Positions 60,878 through 64,000 of a DNA stretch of 64,000 nt are shown here, piece after piece. The translations under genes and the position numbers were made by a program. Origin of the DNA: Zancudomyces culisetae HAW-14-8 (taxonomy: Eukaryota; Fungi; Kickxellomycota); contig JBNJNM010000021.1 in the NCBI GenBank assembly GCA_052426225.1, forward strand, positions 3,348,001-3,412,000. Reading direction: 5' to 3'. How positions within the stretch are numbered: the stretch's first letter is position 1; each line of letters begins with the position of its first letter. The notes under the pieces are model-generated. The model saw only the letters and a program-made list of their open reading frames with translations, was not told where the DNA came from and did not search any database.

Positions 60878-63315
60878 TACGTATTGAGACTGATTTTTAT
60901 TTCAGTATTAAAGTAAACACTATTATCAAGGAAGTCTACAGTATCTGCTGAATTGATAGCGAGGGTCATATTTATTCCAGGGATGCTGTTGTTGGCGGTG
61001 TGTATAAGTTTGGATAAATTGTCTTTGTGAGTTACTGTTAGAAATGGCCAATTCCCGTTAATAATTATAGTTACATTTTGGCTTATGAAAAATTTAACCT
61101 ATTATATTAATTCATTTCCGGCATTCGAAAATGTCTTCCGACATGAAATTATGTTAGCAGAATACACCATCAAATATCAGATTTTATTCATAGAAAAATT
61201 ACATAGAAAATTCAAGAAATTTTACATTATTATATTTATAATTAACCATGGTAAAACTGGATAGACATAATCCATAGAGAATTGGATATCTAAAATCCAT
61301 GATTAAATTGATAATATAATATATGCCAAAATCATTAAGTAAAATCTATGCTAAAATTGATATACAAAATCAATGTTAAAATTTATAAACAAAATCAATG
61401 TAAATTGATATACAAATATAATGTTATAATCGATAATCTAAATACAAGTTAAAATCAAAAAATGAAATGATAAGTTTACGATAAGTAGATACCTAATCTA
61501 ATTAGATTATACATTATCATATTTTTATAGCTAAAATATATTTTCTTTAAGTTTTTCTTCATAGTAAAATTCTCTAATAAAAAGTTATGTTTACCCTTCG
61601 AAATTCCGTTGGGATAAATCAGAGAAAAATATATATTTATTAACTCATCTAATAATATATTTTTCTAAATACCTACTTCATCTAATAAATACATAATAAG
61701 AATAACTAATCCACGGTTCAAAGTTATAAGCAGCTAATTGTTTATATCAGTTTTCTAGAATTTATCGTTAATATATCTGTATTAATGAAGGCAAAATATT
61801 TTAAAATATTATCAATATTTGAAGGTATAGTATAGTTCATTTATTCTGCATTGGTGCCCATTGTGATAACAATAATATATTTAAATACATTATTATGATA
61901 CATAAAATAGTTGATTCACAAATGTAAATTGTGGCATCAGTTAGTTATTGAGATTTGGTCAATTTAAGAATAGTACTGTCAAAGTTTTGATTCGAACAAT
62001 TGAATTAAAGTTACAAATCGAGTGATTCTATGATGTAGTTATTGGGAATAACTTTGTTTTCAAGTTGTTTGATCAATTCTAGGTAATTTCTTAGATTACT
62101 GGGTTTTCTTATTCGATTAATATATTCTATTGTTTTATATAGAATCTTTATTAGCCAATTGGTAGCAGATGTAATTGGACGAAATTAATTGGCGTTTTAT
62201 ATATTTTAATAAATATTAGTTATGCTGTAATTGGATAAAATAATCTATATGTAGTAGACTAGTTTGCATTTTAAATATTATAATGTAGAAAAGTAGTTAA
62301 TTAGTATTTATAGATGTAATATTAATTACTTGATCATTAATGTCATCTGAGTTATTACGAATTTGTACAATATTGTTAGTGTTGTTTAGTATTTTCAATA
62401 CTTGTTTGTGATAATCTTGTGTATCCATGATTATAGGGCCTATGTGTTTATTAAATATATTATGTTAATACTTCCGTTATGTTGATATTATTGATAACCC
62501 TAAGTATAAAGATTTAGTTATCTCTGTGAATTTAGGAGTGATAGCATATAATAATTTTTACTCAAGCATTTCAGAATAATTTCTTAATAATTTGTCATCA
62601 ACGTTGTTAAAATAATATAACTTTTGGTAAAAAGAAGAGTGGTATTATAAAAAGAAAGGTCAATGTAATGTACTTCATTGTTAAGTAATTGAGGTATGTG
62701 TTTAATTCTTTTTTTTAATATAAGCTGTTTACTTTCTTATTTGGAAGTCATACTGTGAAAAAAAGTAACTGTATCTAGATATTTTTTAGTTGACTTTGTT
62801 GTATTTTTGGTAAAGTTACTTAGTAATTGTTGATGATAATGATAATTGAAGTATAAACTGTGTTTTACTTTCTTTTTGAATATTATGTTGTGATTCCTTC
62901 TTTGGCGCCATGAGAACTTTTGTATAGATTTGTGTTGTTAAATACTCTTTATTTATTGTTAATTGAATGTCTTTTGTTGGATTTGTAGTTTTTTAGCTTT
63001 CTTTTGATGTTTTTTCTTTTGCAGTAATTTTTATTATTTTGGTTTTGTTGGTTGATGATTTCGACGCAATTTGTTGCCATAATACACATATCTCTGTTCA
63101 TCTAAACTTGCTTGTGTATCCACTATCATCGAGTTTTGTTCTAGTTTCTTTATAGCCTTCTGTCAGAATCGCATTATTTACCCATAAGTTTTAATATTTA
63201 TTTTTAATCATATTTAATTACGTTTGAATCCTAACTTGGGTACATTAAGTTTCCCAACTTAAATAAATTAGTTTCCTGACATTTTGGGAAACTTCTATTA
63301 TTGGTTGAAGAGTTA

Positions 63316-64000
63316 ATGATGGTCCACCAATTAGATGAGATCGCAAAATTAGCTATGCAACAAGCTTTGCAAGAAAGTCAAGCTCAAGCCCAGGCTCAAG
63401 CCCAGACACCCGCCCAAGTCCCCAGTCAGTTGCAGAATTTACCTGCACCAAATCCGCAGCCAAGGATTGATGGTATCAGAATACCAGAAATCCAGAAATA
63501 CTCAGGAGAATCAGGAAGGTTCCGAGCCTTCACCGCCGAGATCAAGCGCCAGTTCTGGGCCAGACCAGACGTGTTCCAGAGTGACCATAACAAGATATGG
63601 TTCATCAGTTCTCACCTTGCCGGTCATGCTGCCCTGTGGTTCGATAACCTTATCGATACCCAATCACCGTTGCTCTCAGATTTCAAAGGGTTTGAGAATG
63701 AATTTCAAAAGAGATTCTCAGATCCTGGCCACCAAGCCCGAGCTATCACCCAGCTTCATAGTTGCCGCCAGTCCCAGCGTTCCGTCCTGGAATTTGCAAC
63801 CGAGTTCAGAAACCTCGCCTCTCTCAGTGGATTCAACGAGCCAGCCAAAATTCACCTGTTTTACATCGGATTGGATACTAGCCTTGTCCAGCGCCTTGCC
63901 ACTGAACCGCTACCAAACACCTTGGATCAGCTCATTGATCAGGTGATTGAGCTTGAGAACAGAATCAATGCCCGCAGTGCCTACCTGCCCAAGAGAAGCG
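63316..64000 (+). mobile_element. Ty3/Gypsy-type retrotransposon gag, open to the window end
   Basis: A frame absent from the ORF track reads IPEIQKYSGESGRFRAF...FQSDHNKIWFISSHLAGHAALWF...FQKRFSDP...QSQRSVLEFATEFRNLA...LFYIGL. GC content rises abruptly here. Confidence 0.88.

Noticed and set aside
61000-63200. Possibly heavily eroded DIRS/RT relic on the minus strand (LWVNNAILTEGYK near 63190; SLYLG near 62500)
   Set aside because: Too degenerate and AT-rich to support by eye; it needs a translated HMM search.
63467-63946. Listed 159-aa ORF
   Set aside because: Alternate frame of the gag region; the gag frame has no stop in the window and so was not listed.
1-64000. CRISPR arrays, rRNA or tRNA genes, prokaryotic operons
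   Set aside because: None seen; the sequence is eukaryotic with spliceosomal introns and no regularly spaced repeat-spacer array.

Overview
Eukaryotic, intron-containing, AT-rich fungal DNA. The gene content suggests an early-diverging fungus, possibly Zoopagomycota/Harpellales, but that is an inference. The window has two compartments. (1) About 1-24.6 kb is gene-dense housekeeping sequence: a Spa2/GIT polarity scaffold, a G-protein gamma subunit (missed by the ORF track), the Rrp3 helicase, Spt5, an Msc7-like ALDH, NAD(P)HX dehydratase (with a GC-AG intron), Bcs1, Npl4 and an F-box/WD40 protein. (2) About 24.6-64 kb is a gene-sparse accessory compartment. It holds a 7TM-RGS protein and five dispersed, intronless, highly diverged paralogues of a small secreted Cys-rich family with a beta/gamma-crystallin-like signature, one of them frameshifted in its signal peptide. 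It also holds two secreted low-complexity proteins (His/Arg + GAV repeats; Tyr/Gly tail), with similar A-rich TATA boxes upstream of all seven secreted genes. The rest is damaged genes (RING-H2, pICln, P450, a Cue1-like fragment) and transposon relics (Tc1 DD34E with TIRs, a DIRS-like fragment between inverted LTR-like arms, two copies of an unknown element end, a Ty3/Gypsy gag). The best candidate for an undescribed system is the secreted crystallin-like family with its neighbouring secreted structural proteins. All exon structures were read by eye and no database searches were run.
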